Source: Clostridia bacterium
GTDB lineage: Bacteria > Bacillota > Clostridia > Christensenellales > SZUA-584
Assembly: GCA_018648645.1 (NCBI GenBank)
Contig: JABGQS010000004.1
Coordinates: 8,976 to 72,975 of the forward strand
DNA length: 64,000 bases
Reading direction: 5' to 3'
Part shown: piece by piece, positions 30,106 through 38,503 of the stretch
Layout of the letters: the number at the start of each line of letters is the position of its first letter
Numbering within the stretch: the first letter of the stretch is position 1
Notes under the pieces: model-generated
The model's input: only the letters and a program-made list of their open reading frames with translations
Told to the model about the DNA's origin: nothing
Database searches by the model: none
Made by a program: the position numbers and the translations under genes

Positions 30106-31029
30106 TTATTCTCCCTTGTTATATATAATTTGAGTACCCAGCGCAACACCACACGCGTTATCACTGCAATACATTTTATCTGTCATAATGCATTCTGCCG
30201 TTATGTCAGTGCAAGTTTTATTAACTGCTTCTCGTATTACATTGTTGCACATCACACCGCCGGTAAAAATGTACTTATCCATATCAGCGTTTCGAATCAG
30301 CTGCGATAGCGTTTCTGCAACGCAGTCGATTACGCCGCTGCAAACACTTGCAATATCGCGCCCGCCAGATAATGCTTGCAGGCTTTGCGTTTCTGCACCC
30401 GAAAGGTTTGTGTACAATCCGTCAACATTTACTGCGAAACTCTCGTCGTTGCTGACGTACATGCTTTCCATTTGCTTGCCGGACGGAAACGTCAGCCCTG
30501 CCGCAACGCCTACTCTGTCGATGAGCTGTCCGCAGGTTATGTCGAGCGTACCGCCGATTTTTTCGATGCTTGTGATTTTACCTTCGATTTCTACTTTCAG
30601 CAAGTCCAAAGTACCGCCAGAAACGTGGAATGCGCAATATGTTTCGTCCTTAATTTTGCCGGTGACAAACGCGCTGTATATGTGACCGTGCTGATGCGTT
30701 AGCGGAATTGCCTTCACACCCATCGTAGATGCAATAGACACTGCAAGTGATTCGCCAACGCAGAATACCGGCATGTATGAGTCAGCACGCTCGCAAGGTT
30801 TAGCGCTGTAGCCGACCGCTGAAATCCTACTATGCTCAAAATCTAAAAAAAGCTGTTTCGCATTCTTAATGTGAGCAAAAACAGCTTCTGATTGGCGCAG
30901 ACCTCTGCTGCCCTTTGGCACATTTAACATGATGCGCTTATCCGCAATCACTTTGCCTTCGCTTACGAGCGCGATTGATGTGGTGTACGCGCTTGTGTCG
31001 ATTGCAAGAAAGCACGGTTTAGGCTTCAT
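30106..31029 (-). CDS. Divergent TsaD/Kae1-like ASKHA-fold protein (peptidase M22-type), function unknown
   Basis: 307 aa. Motifs LAIDTSAYTTSIALV, GLRQSEAVFAH, two-His pair HQHGH, FHVSGGT, FTGGVMCN fall in the same order as in TsaD/Kae1. 11-nt overlap with nusB. Confidence 0.6.
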   Translation of the reverse strand: MKPKPCFLAIDTSAYTTSIALVSEGKVIADKRIMLNVPKGSRGLRQSEAVFAHIKNAKQLFLDFEHSRISAVGYSAKPCERADSYMPVFCVGESLAVSIASTMGVKAIPLTHQHGHIYSAFVTGKIKDETYCAFHVSGGTLDLLKVEIEGKITSIEKIGGTLDITCGQLIDRVGVAAGLTFPSGKQMESMYVSNDESFAVNVDGLYTNLSGAETQSLQALSGGRDIASVCSGVIDCVAETLSQLIRNADMDKYIFTGGVMCNNVIREAVNKTCTDITAECIMTDKMYCSDNACGVALGTQIIYNKGE

Positions 31030-31474
31030 CTTTGCTTTCCTCTACAGCCTGCTGCCTATCTTTTGCAACGTTGATTGATTTTGATATCGCGCCGAGCACG
31101 CCGTTTACAAAACGCGATGATTTTGTGGAAGCGTATTTTTTTGCTAGCTCTACACACTCGTTCATCGTAATGCTTTCGTGAATGTCATCGCAATACAAAA
31201 GCTCTGTAGTGCCTAGCCTCAAAATAGAAAGCTCTACCTTTGCCATATGGTTGATTTTCCAACCGGTCGAATTTGCCTCTACAATGGTGTCAACTGACTC
31301 AATGTTCGCTTGGTACTTTTCCAATACGTCAGAAACGTAGCTCCAAGCATTCTCATTCATTCCTTTATCAAAACAATCCCGCATGATGTCCTTCGTTGCG
31401 GGATTGAACTCGCCGACTGTAGAATACTCAAAAAACAGTCTAAACGCAGTGTCTCTTGCCGACCTTCTGCTCAA
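31019..31474 (-). CDS. nusB: Transcription antitermination factor NusB
   Basis: 151 aa. MSRRSARDTAFRLFFEY N-terminus and NusB helical fold pattern. Confidence 0.94.
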   Translation of the reverse strand: MSRRSARDTAFRLFFEYSTVGEFNPATKDIMRDCFDKGMNENAWSYVSDVLEKYQANIESVDTIVEANSTGWKINHMAKVELSILRLGTTELLYCDDIHESITMNECVELAKKYASTKSSRFVNGVLGAISKSINVAKDRQQAVEESKDEA

Positions 31475-31485
31475 TTTGTCCTCCT

Positions 31486-31719
31486 CTATTTGAAAATATC
31501 AGGCAGTATTTTGTCCAATATCGCAAATAGTTTTTTCTTAAATTTGTTGTTCGACCCAAAGAACGCGCCTATACCCGCACAAATAGCAATCAGAAGCGTT
31601 GCAAAAAAACCGATTGTAAGCAACAGAATACCGACAAGCAGCCCTAGGCTTATGCCGATAATCACGCCTTTGTGGGCTTTGAAGAATTTCAAAAACCCAT
31701 TTTCCTTTTTGTCAGCCAC
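31486..31719 (-). CDS. DUF2273 small integral membrane protein
   Basis: 77 aa with two TM helices. Third member of the conserved asp23-amaP-DUF2273 trio. Confidence 0.75.
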   Translation of the reverse strand: MADKKENGFLKFFKAHKGVIIGISLGLLVGILLLTIGFFATLLIAICAGIGAFFGSNNKFKKKLFAILDKILPDIFK

Positions 31720-32264
31720 TATTCTACACGCGCCTTTACAACTTGCGCGGTTTTCTCGACCAGCAGAACGATTTTGCCGACCTCTACACCCGCGTAGGTC
31801 TCGATCTCTTGCTTCGTGCTGGCTTGAAGCGATTGCAAAACCTCGGGTATGTTAGTGCCCTCCGCTACGGCAAGCTTTACAGTCAAGTTCACTTTAGCTT
31901 CTTTTGAAGATACACCGACTTTAGCGTTTTTGATTAGGTCGTTGGCAAGGATGTGTTTTGATGCCATCTCTTCAATTGCGCTTAATGAAATAGAAATCGC
32001 TCCCGTGCCTGTCTGCGTAATAAGCGCAGACTTTGCTTCACGCTTTCGCGAACGCGCGAACATGAGCGTAAAGCAAACTGCAATTACAATGATACAAATC
32101 GTGGAAACGATAACCTGCGTCCACACATTGGAGTAAAGCTCGAAAGTCCACGCATGCGGATAGCTGATGTCGATTATGTTCCAAGCGCCGAAAAGCAGTA
32201 TCACTGCAATAAACAGCATACATAGCAAAAATAGCGTCAAAAGGATTCTCATAAAAATACGCAT
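31719..32264 (-). CDS. amaP: Alkaline shock response membrane anchor protein AmaP
   Basis: 181 aa. Two N-terminal TM helices plus an Asp23-like C-terminal region. Adjacent to asp23. Confidence 0.75.
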   Translation of the reverse strand: MRIFMRILLTLFLLCMLFIAVILLFGAWNIIDISYPHAWTFELYSNVWTQVIVSTICIIVIAVCFTLMFARSRKREAKSALITQTGTGAISISLSAIEEMASKHILANDLIKNAKVGVSSKEAKVNLTVKLAVAEGTNIPEVLQSLQASTKQEIETYAGVEVGKIVLLVEKTAQVVKARVE

Positions 32265-32315
32265 ATTGTCCTCCGTATATTAGTAATTAAAACAAGTCAT
32301 CTGACAAACAAGGAG

Positions 32316-32711
32316 CTAATGAACCCGTTTGTCTTCTTCCTTTTTCTCTTTGTCAATGTGTACACCCTGAATGTGGACGTTTGTTTCGATTACTCTAAGC
32401 CCGGTCATCGTCTCGACAGCTTTTTTAACGTTTGCCTGAATCTTCTTGCACATAGCAGGAATATCGCTGCCGTAGTCTACGACAACGTACAGGTCAATCG
32501 CGCATTCTTCTTTGCCGACCTCGACCTTAACGCCTTTTGTCAGGTTTTTGCGACCCAAAAGCTCTGCAAGACCGCCGGAAAAACCGCCGCTCATACCGGC
32601 AACGCCTTCGATTTCTACTGTAGCAAGCCCGGCGATTGTAGCGACTACGTCGTTAGCAAACGAAACGTTACCATGCTGCTCTTCTCTTGTGTTTATATTA
32701 TTTGTGCTCAA
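32316..32711 (-). CDS. Asp23/Gls24-family envelope stress protein
   Basis: Shows VVATIAGLATVEIEGVAGM. The TTG start at 32711, 6 nt after GAGGTG, is preferred; the ORF-track GTG at 32720 lies inside the RBS. Confidence 0.85.
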   Translation of the reverse strand: MSTNNINTREEQHGNVSFANDVVATIAGLATVEIEGVAGMSGGFSGGLAELLGRKNLTKGVKVEVGKEECAIDLYVVVDYGSDIPAMCKKIQANVKKAVETMTGLRVIETNVHIQGVHIDKEKKEEDKRVH

Positions 32712-32851
32712 ACATCTCACCTCTTCTTAAAGATATCCTAATTATAACAGAATGTTGTGCTAAAAACAATCTTACATTCTTTAATAAACTATTAATGATG
32801 AAGTCTAGTTCTTACCTTTTAACGTTGCCTATAACGAAATGTTATAGTAAA

Positions 32852-34351
32852 TCACTCCTGCGCCCACGCAAACGAGCGTTTTACTGCGCGTTTCCAACCT
32901 GAGTAAAGACTTTCTTTTTGGTCGACGTTCATGTTTGGCTCAAAAACACGTGCCACTTGCCACTGTTTTGCAATTTCCTCTTTGTTTTTCCAAAAGCCTA
33001 TGCCAAGACCTGCCAAATATGCTGCACCGAGTGATGTCATTTCAGTAATTACGGGCTTTTCGATTGGAATGCCTAGAATGTCTGCTTGAAACTGCATAAG
33101 GAAGTCGCTGGCAGTTGCACCGCCGTCTACACGCAGCGAAGTAAGCTGTTGGCCCGAGTCTTGCGTCATGCACTCCAGAACGTCACAAGTTTGGTATGCG
33201 ATCGCTTCGAGAGCGCTTCTTGCAATGTGCTCGCCCGTTGTGCCGCGCGTCATGCCGACTATCGTGCCCCGTGCATACATGTCCCAATACGGTGCGCACA
33301 ATCCTGTAAATGCAGGTACGAGGTAAACTCCGCCGGTGTCACTTACGCGGCTTGCAAAGTCGTTCACTTCATCCGCTGTTTTGATGATTTTTAGTCCGTC
33401 GCGTAGCCATTGTATAGTCGCGCCGCCCATGAACACGAGTCCTTCCAGCGCGTACTCGGGCCGCTCGCCAACCATCCACGCGATGTCGCTGGTGAGTCCC
33501 GTTTTGCTCATTTTGAGATCATAACCCACGTTCATCATCATGGCGAGAGCTGTACCATAAGTGTTTTTAGCCATGCCGGGTTTGAAGCACGTCTGACCAA
33601 ACGTTGCTGCGTGTTGGTCTCCCGCATCGCCCGCTATCGGTATTGCTTGCCCGAAAAACACATCTTTGTCTGTTTCGCACATCACTCCGCTTGACGGCAT
33701 TAGCTTTGGCAGCATGGATTTCGGAATATCGAGTGCGTCAAGTATTTTGTCGTCCCACTGCAGTGTGTGAATATCTAGCAGCATTGTGCGCGATGCGTTG
33801 GAGTAGTCTTCTACATGCGCCGCGCCGCCCGACAGTTTGAACATCAAAAATGAATCGATGTTTCCAAAAAGTATTTTGCCTTGCTTAACCTTTTCTTTAA
33901 CACCGTCAACGTTGTCGATTATCCATTTGATTTTGGTTGCAGAAAAGTATGCGTCGATAAGCAGCCCTGTTTTTTCGCGCACGTATTCGTCAAGCCCGTC
34001 TGCTATCAGCTCCTCGCAAATCGCAGCGGTTTGTCTGCTTTGCCAAACAATTGCGTTATACACAGGTTCGCCCGTGTCTTTGTCCCAAAGCACAGTGGTT
34101 TCGCGCTGGCACGTGATGCCGATTGCTGCGATTTCGTTTGCGTTGGTGTCACCGAGCTGCATCGCTTCGGCAGCGCAGATGATGGTGGTGTCCCAATACT
34201 CGTTGGCGTCATGCTCTACCCAGCCGGGGTGAGCGAAAATTTGCCGAATTTCGCGATAAGCGGTGCTGTGCATACGCCCGCGCTCGTCAAAAAGAGCAAC
34301 ACGTGTGCCTGTTGTGCCTTGATCTATCGACATTATGAAACGTTTGCTCAT
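32852..34351 (-). CDS. glpK: Glycerol kinase
   Basis: FGGY kinase with MSIDQGTTGTR and WVEHD. The ATG at 34351 (MSKRF) follows GGAGG; the ORF-track TTG at 34363 lies in the RBS. Confidence 0.93.
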   Translation of the reverse strand: MSKRFIMSIDQGTTGTRVALFDERGRMHSTAYREIRQIFAHPGWVEHDANEYWDTTIICAAEAMQLGDTNANEIAAIGITCQRETTVLWDKDTGEPVYNAIVWQSRQTAAICEELIADGLDEYVREKTGLLIDAYFSATKIKWIIDNVDGVKEKVKQGKILFGNIDSFLMFKLSGGAAHVEDYSNASRTMLLDIHTLQWDDKILDALDIPKSMLPKLMPSSGVMCETDKDVFFGQAIPIAGDAGDQHAATFGQTCFKPGMAKNTYGTALAMMMNVGYDLKMSKTGLTSDIAWMVGERPEYALEGLVFMGGATIQWLRDGLKIIKTADEVNDFASRVSDTGGVYLVPAFTGLCAPYWDMYARGTIVGMTRGTTGEHIARSALEAIAYQTCDVLECMTQDSGQQLTSLRVDGGATASDFLMQFQADILGIPIEKPVITEMTSLGAAYLAGLGIGFWKNKEEIAKQWQVARVFEPNMNVDQKESLYSGWKRAVKRSFAWAQE

Positions 34352-34374
34352 GTCTGCCTCCAACTAAATAACAA

Positions 34375-34785
34375 CTAAATCCAAAATATCCATCGAACAC
34401 CAAAGATATCAATAAAATCAACCACAAGTGTTGAATAATCCGTTTTATGTATAGGTCGGATAATCCGAGAAGTTTCACAAAACTTACTAAAAACTTTCTT
34501 AAACTCGGCTTCATCACTAAAGCGAATACTAAGAGAAAGTATACCCTCCTCAGACGATTTTTGACTTCCGCCAAAAGAGTCTGAAAAAGTAACCTTTTGG
34601 TTATACAAATTCATTTCGGCATGAGCTACTTCACTCTCTCGCTCTGCCGCAGGGCTCATAATTAATGTTTTAACCTCTGCATTAAAAGCATCGTTGTAAA
34701 ATTCAATAGCTTCGAGGCATTTGCCATCAAAGTGAAAATGCATATTAAGCTCCGCTTCCATTTTCATAGAACTATTTCCTTTCAT
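34375..34785 (-). CDS. VOC/glyoxalase-superfamily protein (PhnB-like)
   Basis: About 130 aa. MHFHFDGKCLEAIEFYNDAFNAE resembles the PhnB-like N-terminus. The true start may be the internal ATG at 34767, after AAGGAA. Confidence 0.6.
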   Translation of the reverse strand: MKGNSSMKMEAELNMHFHFDGKCLEAIEFYNDAFNAEVKTLIMSPAAERESEVAHAEMNLYNQKVTFSDSFGGSQKSSEEGILSLSIRFSDEAEFKKVFSKFCETSRIIRPIHKTDYSTLVVDFIDIFGVRWIFWI

Positions 34786-34812
34786 ACGCTAATATAACTA
34801 TACACACTCAAG

Positions 34813-34839
34813 AAAAAATGAAGGCAGTATCGCCCTCAT
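34813..34839 (-). terminator. Rho-independent terminator after the BMP ABC-transporter operon
   Basis: The minus-strand RNA AUGAGGGC-GAUACU-GCCUUCAU forms an 8-bp stem, followed by UUUUUU. Confidence 0.8.
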
Positions 34840-34856
34840 TTATTATATGTATTTTA

Positions 34857-35804
34857 CTAGTGCCGCGCTTCCCTGTCGTATGGTGTACCGAGAGACCCCG
34901 GCTCGCGTTGCTTGATCTTCGAGTTTTTGCCGAACTTGCCTGTAGAGAATATCAGCACGACGATGGTAAATATGTATGGAAGCATTGTGAAAAGCATCTC
35001 CGGTATTTCGATGCCAAATGCTTGCAACCGCAAACCCAGTATTAATATGAAACCGAACAGGTATGAGCCGAGCATGGCTTTGATTGGGTTCCATGTAGCG
35101 AATATGACGAGAGCAACGGCTATCCAACCTTGACCGCCTGTGATTGAGTCCATCCAAGATGAATTAAACCCAATCGATAAATATGCGCCTGCCAACCCCG
35201 TTAATGCACCGCCAATCAAAGTGTAGATGTATCTTGTTGCGAACACGTTGATGCCGAGCGAATCTGCAGAAGACGGGTTTTCACCCACAGCGCGCAGCTT
35301 AAGCCCTGCACGCGTGCGATATATGAGTATCCATGAAATCGGCACAAGCAGAATTGATACATATACGAGTATGCTTTGGTTGAAAAGCGCTTCGCCGATA
35401 ATCGGGATTTCGCTGAGCAAAGGAATTGGTATTGCTTGCAGAGAGGCTACGCGTACTGTGCCTACATAGTTTTGTCCGAGAAAGTTTGCAAGACCGACGC
35501 CAAAGATTGTTAGCGCCAAACCGGACACTACCTGACTGGCTTTGAGCGTAACTGTGATAAAAGCGTGTATCAACCCCATAAGGGCACCCGCAAGCAATGA
35601 GGCAGCGATTGCGAGAACGAGGTTGCCCGTTGTTTGCACAACTATAAACGCAAAAACCGCACCGACAATCATCATACCCTCCAGCCCGAGGTTAAGAACA
35701 CCTGATTTCTCGGTAAGGATTTCGCCGATACACGCAAGCAGCAGCACAGTACCCATTGCGATTGTTGCCGAAAGAAAACCTGTTGTTACTTCTACCCAAC
35801 CCAT
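34857..35804 (-). CDS. ABC transporter permease (BMP/nucleoside-type, second permease)
   Basis: 315 aa polytopic membrane protein. 1-nt overlap with the upstream permease. BPD_transp_2-like pattern, as in NupQ/YufQ/RnsD. Confidence 0.85.
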   Translation of the reverse strand: MGWVEVTTGFLSATIAMGTVLLLACIGEILTEKSGVLNLGLEGMMIVGAVFAFIVVQTTGNLVLAIAASLLAGALMGLIHAFITVTLKASQVVSGLALTIFGVGLANFLGQNYVGTVRVASLQAIPIPLLSEIPIIGEALFNQSILVYVSILLVPISWILIYRTRAGLKLRAVGENPSSADSLGINVFATRYIYTLIGGALTGLAGAYLSIGFNSSWMDSITGGQGWIAVALVIFATWNPIKAMLGSYLFGFILILGLRLQAFGIEIPEMLFTMLPYIFTIVVLIFSTGKFGKNSKIKQREPGSLGTPYDREARH

Positions 35805-36883
35805 TATACAGTCTCCTTTCGAGCAAACTTAATACTGTATTTCGTAAGAAAATCGAACGCAAGTACACAGAAAAGTATGATGCCTTGAATCACTGCGCTG
35901 ATGGCGGCAGGCAGCTGCAACACGCCCATCGTTTTGCCGCCTACGGCAAGCGCTGCCATGAACACTGACATAATAATAATTGCTGTTGGGCTGAGTTTCG
36001 CCAGCCATGCGATGATAACGGCAGTGAAGCCGTACCCGCCCGATATGTCGGGCTCTAGCCTGTGCGATAAACCTGAAATTTCGATTGCGCCCCCTAGACC
36101 AATGAGTGCGCCCGATACCGTCATAACTAAAATGACGTTGAGTTTTACGTTCATGCCAGCGTACTTTGCGGCTTTTGGTCCATCGCCAATTGCGCGGACT
36201 TCGTAACCCCACTTGCTTTTGTTTAGTACAAAATAGTATATGACTGCAATAACAATTGCGATAATGATACCTATGTGGATGTTGGATTCGCCAAAAGACG
36301 GCAGCCAACCGTTTTCAGATATAATCGGTGCCATTGGAAAGCCTTTTTGGAGCGGGTCTTTCCACGGACCTATTATAAGAAATTGTAGCCACAAGAGTGC
36401 AATGTAATTGAGCATCAATGTAACGATCGTTTCGTTTACACCGAGCAGCGACTTTGTGATTCCGGCTATCCCGGCCCAAATAATGCCGGCCAGCATACCT
36501 GCGACGAGCATCAAAAGGATGAGCGGGAACGCAGCCATGTTAGGGAACGCCATTGCAACGCCTGCGGATGCAAATGCGCCCATTGCGAATTGTCCCTCGC
36601 CGCCGATGTTCCAAAGCTTCATTCTAAACGCGATTGCAACACCCAATGCGCAAAAAATCAGCGGAATGGTTTTAACTATAGTTTTCTCAAGACCTTTTGC
36701 GGTAAACAGCGTGTCTATAAACAGCTTTTCAAACACGCGCGGTATTTTCGCTATTTCAAAACCTGCAATCATCAGAACAATAACAGTGAGTATAATGGCC
36801 GCGACAATCGCAATAATTCGTGCCAAAACGACGTTGCCTGTAAAACCTTCCATGCGCTTTTCTATCTTAAGCCTGTATTTCAT
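35804..36883 (-). CDS. ABC transporter permease (BMP/nucleoside-type, first permease)
   Basis: 359 aa polytopic membrane protein (NupP/YufP/RnsC-like). 4-nt overlap with the ATPase gene. Confidence 0.85.
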   Translation of the reverse strand: MKYRLKIEKRMEGFTGNVVLARIIAIVAAIILTVIVLMIAGFEIAKIPRVFEKLFIDTLFTAKGLEKTIVKTIPLIFCALGVAIAFRMKLWNIGGEGQFAMGAFASAGVAMAFPNMAAFPLILLMLVAGMLAGIIWAGIAGITKSLLGVNETIVTLMLNYIALLWLQFLIIGPWKDPLQKGFPMAPIISENGWLPSFGESNIHIGIIIAIVIAVIYYFVLNKSKWGYEVRAIGDGPKAAKYAGMNVKLNVILVMTVSGALIGLGGAIEISGLSHRLEPDISGGYGFTAVIIAWLAKLSPTAIIIMSVFMAALAVGGKTMGVLQLPAAISAVIQGIILFCVLAFDFLTKYSIKFARKETV

Positions 36884-38385
36884 GATGCGCCCTCCTTATT
36901 GCCGCCCATCATAAGTCCAAGCTCCTCGATTTTGGCGTCCTCGCGGTTTATTATGCCTGATACGCTTCCTCCGTGCAGCACCATGATTCTGTCGCTGAAC
37001 TTTATAAGCGCGTCCAGATCTTCGGATATGAACAGTATTGCGCAGCCTTTTTCGCGCTGCTCCAGCATCAGGCTGTAGATTTTCTCCATTGCGCCGATGT
37101 CAAGACCGCGCACGGGATACGAAAGTACGAGAACTTTTGGTGACAGCGCGATTTCTCGAGACAGCAGAAGCTTTTGCATGTTGCCGCCCGACATCAACCG
37201 CACAGGCGCTTTAGGGTCTGCCATCAGTACGTCGTACTCAGCGATTGCGTCGATAACATCGCTTGTCGCTCGTTTGTAGTCAATAAAAACACCTTTATGC
37301 GTGTAGTAACTTCTAAGAATGCTGTTGTCTATGCTGTTCATGTTGCCGATAAGTCCAGTTCCCAGCCTGTCTTCGGGTACATATGCCAATCCTGAATCGA
37401 GCTTGCTTCTCACAGTGCACTTCGTGACGTCCTTATCGCTTAGGCATATGCTGCCCTTAGTTGCAGTCCGCAGTCCGCAAAGCACTTCTCCGAGCTCTTT
37501 CTGACCGTTGCCCGCAACGCCTGCAACGCCGAGAATCTCTCCCTCGTGAATCTCGAAGCTTACGTCGCACAGCCCTTGCAAACCTTTATCGTTACGTGCG
37601 CAAACGTTTTTGACATCCAACAGCGTTTTGCCAATGTTGCTTTCCTGCGGAGTCGTGTTGAGCACAATATCGTCGCCTATCATTAATCGGCTTAAGTTGC
37701 TTTGGTTGATATCCTTGCCTTTTGCAACTCCGGCTACTCTGCCTTTTTGAAGCACGGTTACGGTGTCTGCTATCGCGACGATTTCGTCCAGTTTGTGAGA
37801 GATGATAACAATCGTGCAGCCTTTGTTTGTCATGTCGCGCAGCGTTTCGAAAAGTGCGTCTGCTTCCTGCGGTGTAAGCACGGCAGTTGGCTCGTCAAGA
37901 ATAAGTATGTTAGCGTTTTTGTGGAGCGATTTTAGTATTTCAACGCGTTGCTGCTCTCCGACAGAAATCTGAGATATGTATGCGGAGACGTCGACATCAA
38001 GCCCGAACTCATTAGCGAGCTTAGCTACGCTTGTCTGCATCTTCTTTTTGCTTATAAATAAGGAGCCTTTGTCGCCGAGAAGTACGTTTTCTGTCACCGT
38101 GAAAGCGTTTATAAGTTTGAAGTGCTGGTGTATCATTCCGATACCGCTGGCAATTGCGTCTTTTGGCGAAACGAAGTTCTTGACCTCGCCGTTGATCAGT
38201 ATCTCTCCGCTGTCCTGTTTGTAAAGACCGACAAGAACGTTCATCAATGTCGATTTTCCGGCACCGTTTTCGCCAAGCAGCGCATGAATTTCGCCTTGTT
38301 TTAACGTAAGGCTGACATCGTCGTTCGCCAAAGTGCCGGGGAAAGTCTTCGTTATATTTTTCATTTGTACAACTGCTTGCGGCAT
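36880..38385 (-). CDS. ABC transporter ATP-binding protein with duplicated ATPase cassettes
   Basis: Walker A GENGAGKST and GVAGNGQKE; signature motifs SVGEQQRVE and SGGNMQKLLL. The ATG at 38385 (MPQAVVQMKNI) after GGGAG is preferred; the ORF-track start at 38433 runs into the intercistronic hairpin. Confidence 0.92.
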   Translation of the reverse strand: MPQAVVQMKNITKTFPGTLANDDVSLTLKQGEIHALLGENGAGKSTLMNVLVGLYKQDSGEILINGEVKNFVSPKDAIASGIGMIHQHFKLINAFTVTENVLLGDKGSLFISKKKMQTSVAKLANEFGLDVDVSAYISQISVGEQQRVEILKSLHKNANILILDEPTAVLTPQEADALFETLRDMTNKGCTIVIISHKLDEIVAIADTVTVLQKGRVAGVAKGKDINQSNLSRLMIGDDIVLNTTPQESNIGKTLLDVKNVCARNDKGLQGLCDVSFEIHEGEILGVAGVAGNGQKELGEVLCGLRTATKGSICLSDKDVTKCTVRSKLDSGLAYVPEDRLGTGLIGNMNSIDNSILRSYYTHKGVFIDYKRATSDVIDAIAEYDVLMADPKAPVRLMSGGNMQKLLLSREIALSPKVLVLSYPVRGLDIGAMEKIYSLMLEQREKGCAILFISEDLDALIKFSDRIMVLHGGSVSGIINREDAKIEELGLMMGGNKEGAS

Positions 38386-38410
38386 ACCATGCTCCCTATA
38401 AAAATATATT

Positions 38411-38477
38411 GAATAGCTAAGCAAAATATACACTATCTTGCTTAGCTATTCAAGGCTGCCCTCATGTGACAGCCTTG
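38411..38477 (-). other. Two adjacent intercistronic hairpins between the binding-protein and ATPase genes
   Basis: The first is a perfect 14-bp inverted repeat, GAATAGCTAAGCAA-N13-TTGCTTAGCTATTC (38411-38451). The second is AAGGCTG-N11-CAGCCTT (38452-38476). On the mRNA the 14-bp hairpin is followed by AAUAUAUUUUUAU. Confidence 0.7.
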
Positions 38478-38503
38478 ACATAGTTTATTAATATAATCTT
38501 ATG

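Noticed and set aside
31486-32720. asp23-amaP-DUF2273 trio, considered as a possible uncharacterised membrane system
   Set aside because: This is a known, widely conserved Firmicutes envelope/alkaline-shock stress cluster in its usual position upstream of nusB. It is not novel.
32829-32847. Inverted repeat CTATAAC-N5-GTTATAG just after the glpK stop, considered as a terminator
   Set aside because: The stem is a short AT-rich 7 bp with no U-tract on the minus-strand RNA. That is not sufficient to call a terminator.
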